The position numbers were made by a program, and so were the translations under genes. From Candidatus Wolframiiraptor gerlachensis (GTDB lineage Archaea; Thermoproteota; Nitrososphaeria_A; Caldarchaeales; Wolframiiraptoraceae): a stretch of DNA of 64,000 nucleotides. Location: contig JAJPCT020000018.1 of NCBI GenBank assembly GCA_021323375.2, positions 1-64,000 of the forward strand, in the 5' to 3' direction. The notes beneath the pieces are model-generated. The model had not been told where the DNA came from. It made no database searches and saw only the letters and a list, made by a program, of their open reading frames with translations. Shown here in pieces: positions 48,694 through 59,020 of the stretch; positions within the stretch are counted from its first letter, which is position 1; the number at the start of each line of letters is the position of its first letter.

Positions 48694-48719
48694 CACGAGG
48701 AAACTGGGATTCAAGCAGC

Positions 48720-49442
48720 TTAAATCTCGATCGGAAGATCACTATTCAAGAGGATTATTGAGGAGCCCGTCGGCTCATATACCATCTGGATAGCTTTGAT
48801 CTCGAGCCCAGCTTCATGAGCCCTCGTGATAAGCCCGCATAATGCTGGATCCGCCTCATGGTTTAGCTTAAAGCCCTTGACATGGGGGAGGGCTGCGATG
48901 AATAGGATGACCGCCCGGCCGCCGCGCTCGACGTGCTCAAGCATCCCCTTCACCTGTCTCACAGCCCTACTTGATGGGCAGTCGGGGTAGGAGGCATAAT
49001 TGCCGAGCCTTAGAACAGCGCTCTTAAGCTCCAAGAGCATATCACCCAGCTCACAGGACACGAGATAGTCTATCCTAGTCCCAGCTAGAGGGATGTCCCT
49101 TCTCAATATCCGGCAGCCCCTGAGCCATGGTACGAGGCCTTGTTTAACGGCCTCCTCGAAAGCCCTTGACTGGAGATGCGTGTCAACGATGGCGGCGAGA
49201 TCATCCTCTAGGATCGCGAAAAGCCTTCTCGAGAGCTTTCCAGGCCTCTTAACCGGGATGCAGAAGCCCCTCCTCCCGCGCGTCATGTATTCTAGAAGCC
49301 TCCCAGTATTCTGGAGAAATGCGAGGCTCTCTCGGCCCTCAGCCTCAACCCTAACAGTGAACCTGTTCAGCCTCTCCAGTATCAAGCACTCCTCAACGCC
49401 CTGTAAAGCCAGTAGCTTAGGATATTCCCGGATCGTGGTCAA
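48720..49442 (-). CDS. sfsA: DNA/RNA nuclease SfsA
   Basis: RLNRF, NTGRL, RIDY, LELKS, YPDCPSSR. Confidence 0.9.
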   Translation of the reverse strand: MTTIREYPKLLALQGVEECLILERLNRFTVRVEAEGRESLAFLQNTGRLLEYMTRGRRGFCIPVKRPGKLSRRLFAILEDDLAAIVDTHLQSRAFEEAVKQGLVPWLRGCRILRRDIPLAGTRIDYLVSCELGDMLLELKSAVLRLGNYASYPDCPSSRAVRQVKGMLEHVERGGRAVILFIAALPHVKGFKLNHEADPALCGLITRAHEAGLEIKAIQMVYEPTGSSIILLNSDLPIEI

Positions 49443-49448
49443 AGCCTT

Positions 49449-50657
49449 TCAAGATTGCTCGAGAAGCTTTCTAACACCATCCCTAATTCTTCGGGCATCC
49501 TCCTCACTTGGAGAGCCCTTGAACTCGACCGCCCCGACGATCTTGAAGCCGGCGGCCGCCAATTTTTCCGAGAGCCTCCTAGCAACGGCGCCAGCCCATC
49601 CATATGATCCCAAGATGAGCACGGGCTTTGGCGGAATCTTCTTGACAATTAGATCCACAAGATTGTCGATTAACGGGTAGACCCCTGCCTCATATGTGGG
49701 CGCGGCTAGTATGATGGCCCTCGAGTCAATAGCATCTCCTATAATCTCCGAGAATGGCGGCTGCTCCAAGTCGTTGAACCAGTAGGATGCGGCTCTTCCC
49801 CCGAGCCTCTCAACCTCCTCCACCGCGATTCTCGCAGCCTCCCCCATCAACCCGTACATGGAGCCGGAGACAACCAAGATCTTATTGCCATCGGGGTGTC
49901 CTTCGGCCAAGCTCCTGTAATAATCTATGATCAGCTGCGGATTCCTCCTCCAGACAAGCCCATGAGCCGGGGCCACAATACTGATATCCAGCTGAAGCCC
50001 CTGGAGCTTCTCGATATTCCGGATTATGTGCTGCCTGTAGAATCCTATCACGGTTGCGACATACTTCCTAACACTTGGCAGATACTCCCGGACAACCTCA
50101 TCATTATCATCGAATATCGTTCTCGGGATCGAGTATCCGCCGAAGGCATCGCATGGTATCAGTATCTTATGGCCCACTAGATAGCTCATCATGGTCTCGG
50201 GCCAATGCAGCCACGGCGTGTGGATAAGCCTAATCCTCTCACCAGCTGCCGAGATCTCCTCTCCATCCCTCACCAGCCTGAACTTCGGAGATATCTTGTA
50301 GAAGGACCCGATCATGGGCTTAGCGATGGGATGGGCAACTACCTCAGCTCTAAATCCATTCGCCTCAAGAACCTTGGGCAGCGAGCCCGAGTGATCTGGC
50401 TCAACATGATGAACAATCACATGCGTAAGATCGCGGGGGCTCATAATCCCCCCAATCACCTCGATAAGATCATCGGCGTAAACAGTCTTCCATCCATCGA
50501 ATAAAACAGCCCCATCATCCCCGACGAGGAGATACGCGTTATAAGTCACCCTCTCGGGAATGCTCCAGATGCCCTCAAAGTAATTAACCCTCTCATCATC
50601 AACCCTCAGCAGATAGAAGCCGCGCTCAATCTCCTGACATAGGATCCTAAGGCTCAT
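49449..50657 (-). CDS. fprA: Flavodiiron protein (O2/NO reductase)
   Basis: TYNAYL, HHVEPDHSG, HWPET, DAFG, PAHG, flavodoxin SMYG..GSYGW. Confidence 0.94.
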   Translation of the reverse strand: MSLRILCQEIERGFYLLRVDDERVNYFEGIWSIPERVTYNAYLLVGDDGAVLFDGWKTVYADDLIEVIGGIMSPRDLTHVIVHHVEPDHSGSLPKVLEANGFRAEVVAHPIAKPMIGSFYKISPKFRLVRDGEEISAAGERIRLIHTPWLHWPETMMSYLVGHKILIPCDAFGGYSIPRTIFDDNDEVVREYLPSVRKYVATVIGFYRQHIIRNIEKLQGLQLDISIVAPAHGLVWRRNPQLIIDYYRSLAEGHPDGNKILVVSGSMYGLMGEAARIAVEEVERLGGRAASYWFNDLEQPPFSEIIGDAIDSRAIILAAPTYEAGVYPLIDNLVDLIVKKIPPKPVLILGSYGWAGAVARRLSEKLAAAGFKIVGAVEFKGSPSEEDARRIRDGVRKLLEQS

Positions 50658-50732
50658 ACCGCATTGACAGCCTCCTATAAGGGAAAGGTCAAATTACTAT
50701 GTAATAAAAATTGCGAGAGAAAAAGAAGGGAG

Positions 50733-51110
50733 TTACTTGGTCTTCCAGAGTCCGTGGATGTTGCAGTATTCTCTGGCTGAGAGCTTCTCAGCCTTGACTG
50801 GGAAATCCGCCTCCGGAGCGTCGCCCGGCTTCAGGAACTTTATGTAGATCCTGTCGTCAGCGGTTAGCTCGATCCACTCGATGTAATGCTTCATCTCCAT
50901 GGGGTGGGGTATTGAGCCGACCCTCACCTTTACCCCGGTCTCGGTCTTCTCTATCACGGGGACATGCTTCTCCATCCCAACATCCTCGGTCTTCTCCTCT
51001 AGCAGCTGCATTGGCTGGCCGCAGCATACGAGCGTGCCGACGCTTGGATGCATTACCATAACGATGTTACCGCAGACATTGCACCTGTATACCTGGAGCC
51101 TCTGAGTCAT
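50733..51110 (-). CDS. dfx: Desulfoferrodoxin (2Fe superoxide reductase)
   Basis: CNVCGN..CCG, EKHVP, HPM..HYIEWI, YCNIHG. Confidence 0.95.
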   Translation of the reverse strand: MTQRLQVYRCNVCGNIVMVMHPSVGTLVCCGQPMQLLEEKTEDVGMEKHVPVIEKTETGVKVRVGSIPHPMEMKHYIEWIELTADDRIYIKFLKPGDAPEADFPVKAEKLSAREYCNIHGLWKTK

Positions 51111-51122
51111 GTTATCCCACCA

Positions 51123-51542
51123 CTAGATCTCCTCTAGGAGGCTTGTGAAGAAATCGTGATGTCCCTCCTCATCGGCGAGGATTTTCTCGAAGAGTGTTGC
51201 TGTTGTTATGTCTCCCAGCTCCCGCGCCTTCTGGATAATCTGCTTGTACAGCTTTATCGCATATTCCTCATCGCGGGCATCCTGCTCGATCATCTCCTTG
51301 AGTGTTTCTCCGACCTTTATTGGATCTGGCTGGGTTGTTGGGATCCCGCCGAGATAGTATAGCCTCTCCGCGATCATCTCAGCATGCTTCATCTCTGTTA
51401 TCGCGATCTTCTTCAGCTCATCACTAACAGCGAATGCCTTGACGCCCCTCCATTGGACATGCTGCCACATGTATTGGATCGAGACTTGAAGCTCCCTAGC
51501 GATCGCCTTGTTAAGTAGGTCAAGGAGCTCCTTGGATGGCAT
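51123..51542 (-). CDS. Ferritin-like (bacterioferritin/Dps-like) di-iron protein
   Basis: RELQVSIQY, EMKHAE, EE.AI, DEEGH; start ATG 51542. Confidence 0.9.
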   Translation of the reverse strand: MPSKELLDLLNKAIARELQVSIQYMWQHVQWRGVKAFAVSDELKKIAITEMKHAEMIAERLYYLGGIPTTQPDPIKVGETLKEMIEQDARDEEYAIKLYKQIIQKARELGDITTATLFEKILADEEGHHDFFTSLLEEI

Positions 51543-51570
51543 GATGCCCACTACCTGCGTTTCATAGGAT

Positions 51571-52230
51571 TTAAGGCTTCTTGTAGCAGAACCACCAGTC
51601 GTAGCACTCGATCTCCTTCGCTTTCGCCCTCTCCAGCCTCTCCTTGGCGGTCTTCTCATCACGCGGCGGTGGTATTATCACCTTGTCCCCAATCAGCTCG
51701 TTATTTGGCCAGTTTGCCGGCAGCGCCACCTTCTTCTCATCCGAGACTTGGAGGGCTTTAACGAGCCTTAGGATCTCATCCATGTTTCTGCCGACCTCTT
51801 GCGGGTAGTAGAGGATCGCCCTGATAACGCCCTCGGGGTCAATTATAAAGACTGCTCTAACGGTGTTCGTCCCCTTGCCGGGATGAATCATGCCTAGCAT
51901 GCATGCTATCTTCCCCTGGTCATCGGCGATTATCGGGAACTGTATCTCGACGCCGAGCTTCTCCTTGATCCACTCCACCCATTTTATGTGGCTGAATACT
52001 TGGTCTATGCTGAGGCCTATGAGCTCGCAGTCCAGCTTCTTGAACTCCTCATATCTCTTCTGGAATGCTACGAACTCCGTTGTGCAGACGGGCGTGAAGT
52101 CGGCTGGATGCGAGAATAGCACGACCCACTTTCCCTTATAGTCATCTGGAAACTTAATCACGCCATGCGTTGTCTGGGCTTCAAATCTCGGAACCTTTTC
52201 TCCCAATAACGGAATACGAACTTGCTCCAT
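51571..52230 (-). CDS. Peroxiredoxin (archaeal Prx6-type)
   Basis: [25 protein letters not shown]. Confidence 0.95.
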   Translation of the reverse strand: MEQVRIPLLGEKVPRFEAQTTHGVIKFPDDYKGKWVVLFSHPADFTPVCTTEFVAFQKRYEEFKKLDCELIGLSIDQVFSHIKWVEWIKEKLGVEIQFPIIADDQGKIACMLGMIHPGKGTNTVRAVFIIDPEGVIRAILYYPQEVGRNMDEILRLVKALQVSDEKKVALPANWPNNELIGDKVIIPPPRDEKTAKERLERAKAKEIECYDWWFCYKKP

Positions 52231-52271
52231 TTCCACCACCTCACTTCGCATTACGTATATATTATGGTCGA

Positions 52272-52290
52272 AACCATAAATTTTATGGTT
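52272..52290. promoter_or_regulatory. Perfect palindrome, candidate Lrp operator
   Basis: AACCATAAA-T-TTTATGGTT in the prx/lrp divergent region, overlapping the lrp ATG. Confidence 0.6.
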
Positions 52291-52707
52291 CGAATATCGA
52301 ACCAAGACCTCATAAGGCTACTCATGGAAAACGCCCGGGCATCTTACGTCGAGATAGCCGAGAAGCTCGGCGTCTCGGAGGCCGCAGTGAGGAAGAGGAT
52401 CAAGCGCCTCGAGGATCTCGGCGTGATCAGGAGATACACGATTGATTTAGATCCTAGGAGGCTGGGCTATGAGGTGCTGGCGATAATAGGGCTGGACGCG
52501 GAACCCGAGCATCTACTCAAGGTTATGGAGGGGCTGAAGACCAGGGAGGAGGTTGTGAGACTCTACTTGACAAGCGGCGACCACATGCTCATAGTAGAAT
52601 GCTGGTTCGAGAACTCGCAGGAATTCTCAAGCTTCATCAAGGGCCTTGAGTCGAGGGAGGGTATTAGAAGAGTCTGCCCAGCAATAGTCCTAGAAAGACT
52701 CAAGTAA
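52285..52707 (+). CDS. Lrp/AsnC regulator (LrpA/Ptr2-like)
   Basis: [42 protein letters not shown]. Confidence 0.93.
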   Translation: MVRISNQDLIRLLMENARASYVEIAEKLGVSEAAVRKRIKRLEDLGVIRRYTIDLDPRRLGYEVLAIIGLDAEPEHLLKVMEGLKTREEVVRLYLTSGDHMLIVECWFENSQEFSSFIKGLESREGIRRVCPAIVLERLK

Positions 52708-52740
52708 ATAGTTGGGGATATCTTTCCAGGTGCGGGGCGG

Positions 52741-52941
52741 CTAAAGCTTAATCCCTCTTTCCCTAAGTATCGTGAGAATTCTCGCGATTCTTCTCCTAAT
52801 GTTTCTTATCTGGGCAGTCTTTTCCAACCCTCCACCCGCGACAGTCTTACTTCTGATTAACACGAGCTCCGCCCGGAGCCTGTCGAGCTCGCTTATCAGC
52901 TCCTCGCTACTCTTCTCCCTCAGCTCCTTCACTTCCCTCAC
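52741..52941 (-). CDS. rpl29: 50S ribosomal protein L29
   Basis: ELREKSSEEL..LRAEL..IRNIRRRIARILT. Confidence 0.93.
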   Translation of the reverse strand: MREVKELREKSSEELISELDRLRAELVLIRSKTVAGGGLEKTAQIRNIRRRIARILTILRERGIKL

Positions 52942-53566
52942 CAACCTCAACCACCTCCATCTTACCCGGCTCCGGAGCAACCACCTTTATCTCCTCCGGC
53001 ATCGGTGCGTCGGGCGGGTAGATCTTCACCTTTACCCCATATACACCCGGCTTTAACAGTATGGAGGCCTTCCCAACCTTGACATACTTCAGCGCCGGGT
53101 CGCCGGACTTCGGCATAATCCCAGCCGTATATTTCTCGGTCCTATGCCTCGCGGAGGTAAGCTTACCACTTATCTCTATCTCGACCCCACGGGCTCCAGC
53201 CTCCATAATTCTTCTCAAAGCCCAGAAGGCAACCCTCCTATGCCTAACACCCCTCTCCAAGGCCTGCGCGATCCTATAGGCCATAACTTGTGGGTTGAGC
53301 TCCGGGACCTCTATCTCGGCAACCGTGACATTCGGGTTCTCGACACCAAACCTTTTCTCAAGCTCCTCCGTTATCTCCTTGATCGTCCTCCCCCTCGGGC
53401 CTATAACCCTGCCGGGCCTCATAGCATAGATAGTAACTCTAGTACCCATGGGCGTAAACGTTATATCAACTCCCCCGAAGCCGGCATCCTTAAGCTTCTC
53501 TGCAAGATACTCGTAGATCTCAGCCTTCTTTATCTTGCTGGATAGAATGTTCTTGATCGCCGACAT
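52907..53566 (-). CDS. rps3: 30S ribosomal protein S3
   Basis: RPGRVIGPRG, PELNP, GARGVEIEISGKL. Confidence 0.97.
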   Translation of the reverse strand: MSAIKNILSSKIKKAEIYEYLAEKLKDAGFGGVDITFTPMGTRVTIYAMRPGRVIGPRGRTIKEITEELEKRFGVENPNVTVAEIEVPELNPQVMAYRIAQALERGVRHRRVAFWALRRIMEAGARGVEIEISGKLTSARHRTEKYTAGIMPKSGDPALKYVKVGKASILLKPGVYGVKVKIYPPDAPMPEEIKVVAPEPGKMEVVEVGEGSEGAEGEE

Positions 53567-53567
53567 C

Positions 53568-54026
53568 TCAGCGCCTCACCTCCCCTACAACCTCAATATG
53601 AACTAGCTGTTTGTCATAGGGCGTGGCCCTCCCAAAAGCCCTAGGCATGAACTTCCTAATCCTCCTAGCCTTATGAGCGGCTGCATGGACTATGACTACC
53701 TCATCCGGGTCTAGTCCCTTGAAATCCGCGTTAGCCTCCAAGCTCTCCAAGAGCTTGAGCATGTGCTTGGCGACCTTAACCGGGTAGCCTCCAGCACCCT
53801 TAGTCTCGGCATGATGCGCCCTATTCTTCTTATATCTGCGATAGGGTATCATCCTCCTCATAGCTATAACATCCTCCATGAGCTTCTTCGCCTCCGGTAT
53901 CGTCAGCCCTATAATCGCCTTACAAACCTCTCTAGACCATTTCGGAGATACATCAATCTCCCTCAAGCTCGCCTTGACAGTTCTCGTCTCATCCAGCTCC
54001 TTAACCGAGTAAGACCAGTGAGGCAT
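53568..54026 (-). CDS. rpl22: 50S ribosomal protein L22
   Basis: SPKWSREVC, GGYPVKVA, NADFKGLD, PRAFGRA. Confidence 0.96.
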   Translation of the reverse strand: MPHWSYSVKELDETRTVKASLREIDVSPKWSREVCKAIIGLTIPEAKKLMEDVIAMRRMIPYRRYKKNRAHHAETKGAGGYPVKVAKHMLKLLESLEANADFKGLDPDEVVIVHAAAHKARRIRKFMPRAFGRATPYDKQLVHIEVVGEVRR

Positions 54027-54178
54027 GCGAAGCACCCTTTAAGCCTCTTCCCGCAAGCCCCTTTCAAGACCTCTATTTAATCTTTGAACAGGCCTCACAA
54101 AAGTTCCTCGTAAAGCTTTATGCATAACGCGATTTTATAAGAAAGCTTTAAGCCGGGCCCCTCAGACAAAATCAAGCC

Positions 54179-55771
54179 GTGAAAGTCGCGGAGCTACTAT
54201 TTCCCCAAGGACCGTTGTCATCTCTGGAGTTCCGCGATAAGGTTCTGGAGGTCTTCCGGAAGGCCGGTCTATCGAGCGATCTAGAACTGGGCCTAATCAC
54301 GAGAGAGCATCTCGAGGCTCTTGCATTTTTCTCACTTGAGGAGCTTGAGCCAGAGGAGCGGCGGAGATTCTTCACACTCCTAGCAGGGCTTCTAGAAGAG
54401 GAGGGTAATGAGCTCTACAAGATCTTCGAGCCCAAAATAATCATAAGGAAATCCAGCGATCGGAGGAACTTCCAAGAAGTCGTGTCCGGCGTGGACTTGA
54501 GGAGCGCAGAGCTTGAGGCTGATAGATGCCTCAGGTGCAGGGTTCCTAAATGCGTTAACGTGTGCCCGGTGAAGTTCCCCGTGCCAGCCTTCCTAAAGGC
54601 TGTCGCGAGTGGAAGGCATGAAGCAGCGTACAAAATCTCCCTAGCTATATATCCGACGCTTGGAATATGTGGGAGAATATGCGATGGATTTTGTGAGCAA
54701 GCATGTACTCTTGGACAAATATGCGGCAACTCGCTCAAGATTAGAGCTATGAAGAGGGCGGTCGCCGATAACATGCAGAAAGTTTCTGGATTAATTGATC
54801 TACCGAAGCCTAAGTCGGGATCAGGGTTTAGAGTCGCTGTGATAGGATCTGGCCCAGCTGGGCTCACAGCGGCATATCATCTGAGGCTTATGGGCCATGA
54901 TGTCACCATCTTTGACGCGGGGGAGAGGCCTGGGGGGAGGCTTGCCGATTCGATACCCGAGTTCAGGCTACCCTTACAAGTTGTTGAGAGGGAAGTTGGA
55001 ATATTGAGGATGCTTGGCGTGGAGTTTAGAATGGGGGTTGAATTCGGCCGCGACCTAACGATCGATGATCTCTTCAAGCAGGGCTATAGAGCGGTCTTCA
55101 TAGCGACGGGCGCTGGCAGGTCAAACATCCCTCAAATGAAGGGGGTCGAGTTGGAGAGCGTTCACGCCGCGCTGGAGTTTCTGAAGCTGGTCAAGGAGGG
55201 GAGGCTTAGATCCATGTCGGGTAAGGTCTGGGTTATAGGCGGGGGCAACACGGCGATAGATGCTGCTCGAACAGCCCTTAGGCTAGGAGCAGAATCTGTC
55301 AGGATAATGTATCGGAGGAGTATGGAGGAGATGCCTGCTAGGAGGGAGGAGATTGAGGAGGCCCTCGATGAAGGAGTAGAGATAATGTTCCTCACTCAGC
55401 CGATAGAGCTGATAGGTGAGGATGGCAGGCTCCGAAAAATAAGATGTATCAAGATGATGCTCGGGGAGCGGGGGCCTGATGGGAGGAGAAAGCCCGTGCC
55501 ACTAGAGGGTTCTGAATTCGAGGTCGAGGCCGATCACGTGATATTTGCGACCGGTGAGCGCCCCTCAACCGAGTGGCTCTCGGAACGGGATGGCATAGAG
55601 CTAATGGAGGATGGGAGGATAAAAGTGAATGAGAGGCTTGAGACCAGCAGGCGCGGCGTCTTCGCTGGGGGAGACGTTGTTAGAGGACCATCGCTCTATA
55701 GCGTGGCCTCGGCTGATGGGATGAGAGCTGCCAAGGAGATTGACCGTTACCTGAGAAGCCTATCTTCCTAG
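54179..55771 (+). CDS. GltD/SudA/NfnB-like FAD- and Fe-S-dependent NAD(P)H oxidoreductase
   Basis: EADRCLRC..CVNVCP, GRIC..CEQAC, IGSGPAGL, IGGGNTAID, YRR, FAGGD. Confidence 0.9.
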   Translation: MKVAELLFPQGPLSSLEFRDKVLEVFRKAGLSSDLELGLITREHLEALAFFSLEELEPEERRRFFTLLAGLLEEEGNELYKIFEPKIIIRKSSDRRNFQEVVSGVDLRSAELEADRCLRCRVPKCVNVCPVKFPVPAFLKAVASGRHEAAYKISLAIYPTLGICGRICDGFCEQACTLGQICGNSLKIRAMKRAVADNMQKVSGLIDLPKPKSGSGFRVAVIGSGPAGLTAAYHLRLMGHDVTIFDAGERPGGRLADSIPEFRLPLQVVEREVGILRMLGVEFRMGVEFGRDLTIDDLFKQGYRAVFIATGAGRSNIPQMKGVELESVHAALEFLKLVKEGRLRSMSGKVWVIGGGNTAIDAARTALRLGAESVRIMYRRSMEEMPARREEIEEALDEGVEIMFLTQPIELIGEDGRLRKIRCIKMMLGERGPDGRRKPVPLEGSEFEVEADHVIFATGERPSTEWLSERDGIELMEDGRIKVNERLETSRRGVFAGGDVVRGPSLYSVASADGMRAAKEIDRYLRSLSS

Positions 55772-56457
55772 CGATACTCGAGGACGACCATGACATGATC
55801 GCGCTCATATGGCTCGAGTGATATGACCTCGATCGGCTTAAACCCATTCTTCTCGAGGATCTCAACCTCCCTCCTATAGATTATCTCGGGCTCTTGGACG
55901 CTGTCGATGCTCCTTGCCTTGACGGCTAGGTATCCATGCCCCCCGCTCTTAAGCATGAGCCTAGCATTGTCCGAGAATAGCTTCGCCTGCTCTGGCTGGG
56001 CCACGTCGCAGTAGATCACGTCAACCTCGCCAACGATGGGCGCATAGGTCTCCGGCTTCCTAGCATCGCCAAAAATCGGAACCACGTTCATCCTCCTATC
56101 CGAGACATTACGCTTGAACTGTATCATGACCCTGGCCGCGAACTCGACCCCATATAGCACGCCCCGCTCCCCTATTATATCGGAGACATGGCTTGAGGTG
56201 GTTCCAGTCGCGGTTCCGAGATAGAGGACTCTCGAGCCAGGCTTTATGAACATGTTATCCATACCCTTTATTATTGCCGCGGCCAGCTTGCTCCGATAAG
56301 GTATCCAGCTACGATACTCCTCGCCCCTAACCCTGTAAAGCTTCTCACCATAAACTTGGACGCCTGGAACTAGATTCTTGGTCGCCAGCACCTTCTCCCC
56401 CTCATCCCTTATCCAGTAAACCCCCTCGAATCTCTCATGTGGAGTTAGCTCCACCAT
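55768..56457 (-). CDS. flpA: Fibrillarin 2'-O-methyltransferase
   Basis: VYGE, YRSKLAA, VLYLG.ATGTT.SH.SD, DVAQPEQ, KARSID. Confidence 0.96.
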   Translation of the reverse strand: MVELTPHERFEGVYWIRDEGEKVLATKNLVPGVQVYGEKLYRVRGEEYRSWIPYRSKLAAAIIKGMDNMFIKPGSRVLYLGTATGTTSSHVSDIIGERGVLYGVEFAARVMIQFKRNVSDRRMNVVPIFGDARKPETYAPIVGEVDVIYCDVAQPEQAKLFSDNARLMLKSGGHGYLAVKARSIDSVQEPEIIYRREVEILEKNGFKPIEVISLEPYERDHVMVVLEYR

Positions 56458-56508
56458 GCTCCCTTACCACTCTACATCGTATACGGCTTCATAATTATCT
56501 TTCTCCCG

Positions 56509-58329
56509 TTAGAGGACCGTCACGCTCTTGGCGAGGTTTCTCGGCTTATCTGGATCCAGCCCCCTCTCCAGCGCCAGGTAGTATGCTAGGAACTGGAATG
56601 GGATGACGTAGATTATCGGGCTCAGGATCTCGTGAACCTTTGGAAGGCCGAGCCACCAGTCCACATTCTCCCTAAGCTCGTTATCGCCCTCGGTTCCAAC
56701 ACAGTATATCTTGGCACCTCGAGCCTTCATCTCCATAATATTCCCCAGTATATGCTTCCGAGTAGAGTCTGATGGGGCTATGAAGAATACGGGATACCCA
56801 TCCTCGATGACGCTTATCGGCCCATGCTTGCTCTCTCCAGCAGGGTATGCTATGCAGGGGATATAGCTGAGCTCCATCACCTTAAGCCTCGCCTCTAAGG
56901 CGGTTGCATAGCTTATCCCCCTCCCGAGGAAGAAGATGCTCCGCGCGTTCGCGAGCTCCTTTGCGAGATCTCGCATAGGCTTATCCGAGATCGCGAGGGT
57001 CTTCTCGACGAGCTCCGGGAGCTTCCTAAGCTCCTCCTCGAGCTCATCTATCTCGTATTGTGCGAGCTTTCCCCTCTTCCTTGCTAGGCGGAGGGCTAGC
57101 TGGGCGAGGACTGTGAGCTGGGCCGTGAAGGTTTTGGTCGCGGCGACCCCAATCTCCGGCCCGGAGTTCTGGAGGACGTATGCCCTCGACACCCTCGTCA
57201 GGGTTGAGCCCACGACATTTGTGACCGCGAGTATCGTCGCGGCCGTCATCCTAGCATGATCAACCGCCGCTAGGACATCAGCGGTCTCCCCCGACTGGCT
57301 CACAGCCAATATGATCGAGTCTATGCCTATGGATCTACCATAGTTCTCTATGAACTCCGAGGCTATCACGGGGATCGTGGTCAGTCTAGCGATCTTCGAG
57401 AACATGTATGATGCGGCTATGCATGCGTTATGGGATGTTCCAGCCGCGAGGAGAAACACATCCCTACCACGGTCCAAGAACTCGGTTAAGAGGTCGAGAT
57501 ATTTCTCCTGCGCCTTGAGGGCCTCCCTAACCGTTTGAGGCTGCTCATATATCTCCTTCAACGTGAAATGTGGATAGCCAGATCTCTCCGCCTCCTCAAT
57601 AGTCCACGTCAACTCTATTATCCTCTTATTGATCTCAACCCCGGAGTCGACCTTGAAGACCCTGACCTCTGAAGGTGTTATGTATCCCACCTCACCATTA
57701 TCGATGAATATTGCTCTACGCGTATGCTCAATGAATGCGGCCACATCGCTCGCGATGAAGTTCACGCCATCCCCAAGCCCGATTATGAGCGGAGACTCAT
57801 TTCTCGCGAAGACAATTTTATCCGGCTCCCTAGGCGATATAATGGCGAGCGCGTAGCTCCCCTTAAGCCTCTTGACCGCGGCGATTGTTGACTCTAGAAG
57901 GCTCTTCCCAGCCTCCAGCCCCTCCTCTATCAGATGGGCGATAACCTCAGTATCTGTCCTAGATCTAAAGAAATGCCTCCTATCAATGAGCTCTTCCTTT
58001 AGCTCGAGGAAGTTCTCTATCACGCCATTATGAACTACGGCCACAAGCCCATCACAGTCAATATGTGGGTGAGCATTAACTTGGCTTGGTGCGCCATGGG
58101 TGGCCCATCTAGTATGAGCTATTCCTATGGATCCCGGAAGATCATCCAAGTTCAGCCTAGCATGTATCTCATCTATCTTCCCCGAGTCCTTTTTCAGATG
58201 TATCTTTCCATCATGTATTGTCGCGACTCCGGCTGAGTCATATCCCCTATACTCAAGCCTCATGAGGCCTTTACGGAGTATGGGCGCTGCGCTTCCATTC
58301 TTTAAGGCGCATCCTATGATCCCGCACAT
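56509..58329 (-). CDS. glmS: Glutamine-fructose-6-phosphate transaminase
   Basis: MCGI, LEYRGYDSAG, HTRWATHG, SQSGETAD, PRNLAKSVT. Confidence 0.97.
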   Translation of the reverse strand: MCGIIGCALKNGSAAPILRKGLMRLEYRGYDSAGVATIHDGKIHLKKDSGKIDEIHARLNLDDLPGSIGIAHTRWATHGAPSQVNAHPHIDCDGLVAVVHNGVIENFLELKEELIDRRHFFRSRTDTEVIAHLIEEGLEAGKSLLESTIAAVKRLKGSYALAIISPREPDKIVFARNESPLIIGLGDGVNFIASDVAAFIEHTRRAIFIDNGEVGYITPSEVRVFKVDSGVEINKRIIELTWTIEEAERSGYPHFTLKEIYEQPQTVREALKAQEKYLDLLTEFLDRGRDVFLLAAGTSHNACIAASYMFSKIARLTTIPVIASEFIENYGRSIGIDSIILAVSQSGETADVLAAVDHARMTAATILAVTNVVGSTLTRVSRAYVLQNSGPEIGVAATKTFTAQLTVLAQLALRLARKRGKLAQYEIDELEEELRKLPELVEKTLAISDKPMRDLAKELANARSIFFLGRGISYATALEARLKVMELSYIPCIAYPAGESKHGPISVIEDGYPVFFIAPSDSTRKHILGNIMEMKARGAKIYCVGTEGDNELRENVDWWLGLPKVHEILSPIIYVIPFQFLAYYLALERGLDPDKPRNLAKSVTVL

Positions 58330-58424
58330 CGCTCTCAATGACCCAAGAAGCTTATTTCTTCTCTTAAAATCTTATCATGTTAGAAAATCTAGAACTTTGG
58401 TGAAGAAGCGATAATGGATGGGAT

Positions 58425-58575
58425 GGGGTGGGCTGGCTGACGTATTCTCGCAGCCATAAAGGCCGCAGAGAAAAGCCTTAAAACCATCCATGGATTCATT
58501 AATCCTCCATGGTGGGATAACCATCCTAACCTTACCGACCCTTATGGCTCTTACTACCAGCCAGCCATCAAATTT
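58425..58575 (-). ncRNA. Candidate structured non-coding RNA
   Basis: Nested stems GGCTGGCTG/CAGCCAGCC (9 bp), AGCCATAAGGG/CCTTTATGGCT (11 bp, one G-U on the minus strand), inner CCATGGA/TCCATGG. Confidence 0.45.
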
Positions 58576-59020
58576 GTTATCACTAGCTATGTCAAAACGT
58601 TTTCAGCACCTTGTAAGAATTAATTAAATAATTCTAATTTGGGTATTGCCTGCCTCTTTGGCAAATAGAGGCCTTCTCACGAAAAACTACAGACATTACT
58701 TCTATCCTATTGAGTTTGGATAACAGGAAGATAGTCAGGCCAGGTGTAGTAAAGATCAAGAGGGGGCTAGACTTCAAAATGTTTAAAATGTTTACTCTAC
58801 TAATCCTAGAGATCCGGGAGAGATCATTATATCGAGAGGACATCTACCTTATAGATCCATAGGTAGAAGTGTAATCCTAGAAACCTAAGCGGAAAATAAA
58901 AGACTTTTTTGAAACGGTTAGGGTAAAGAAGAAGTTATCAAAAACTTTTCCCTTTCCAACCGAATTTTGTTTTTATCATTCTAGAGCTTCCTAGGTTAAG
59001 CTCTCCAAGGAGTAGAATCA

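Noticed and set aside
58580-59020. AT-rich intergenic tract as a replication origin; also the 69-aa ORF 58634-58843
   Set aside because: No repeated convincing ORB boxes and no adjacent orc1/cdc6; the ORF has no motifs
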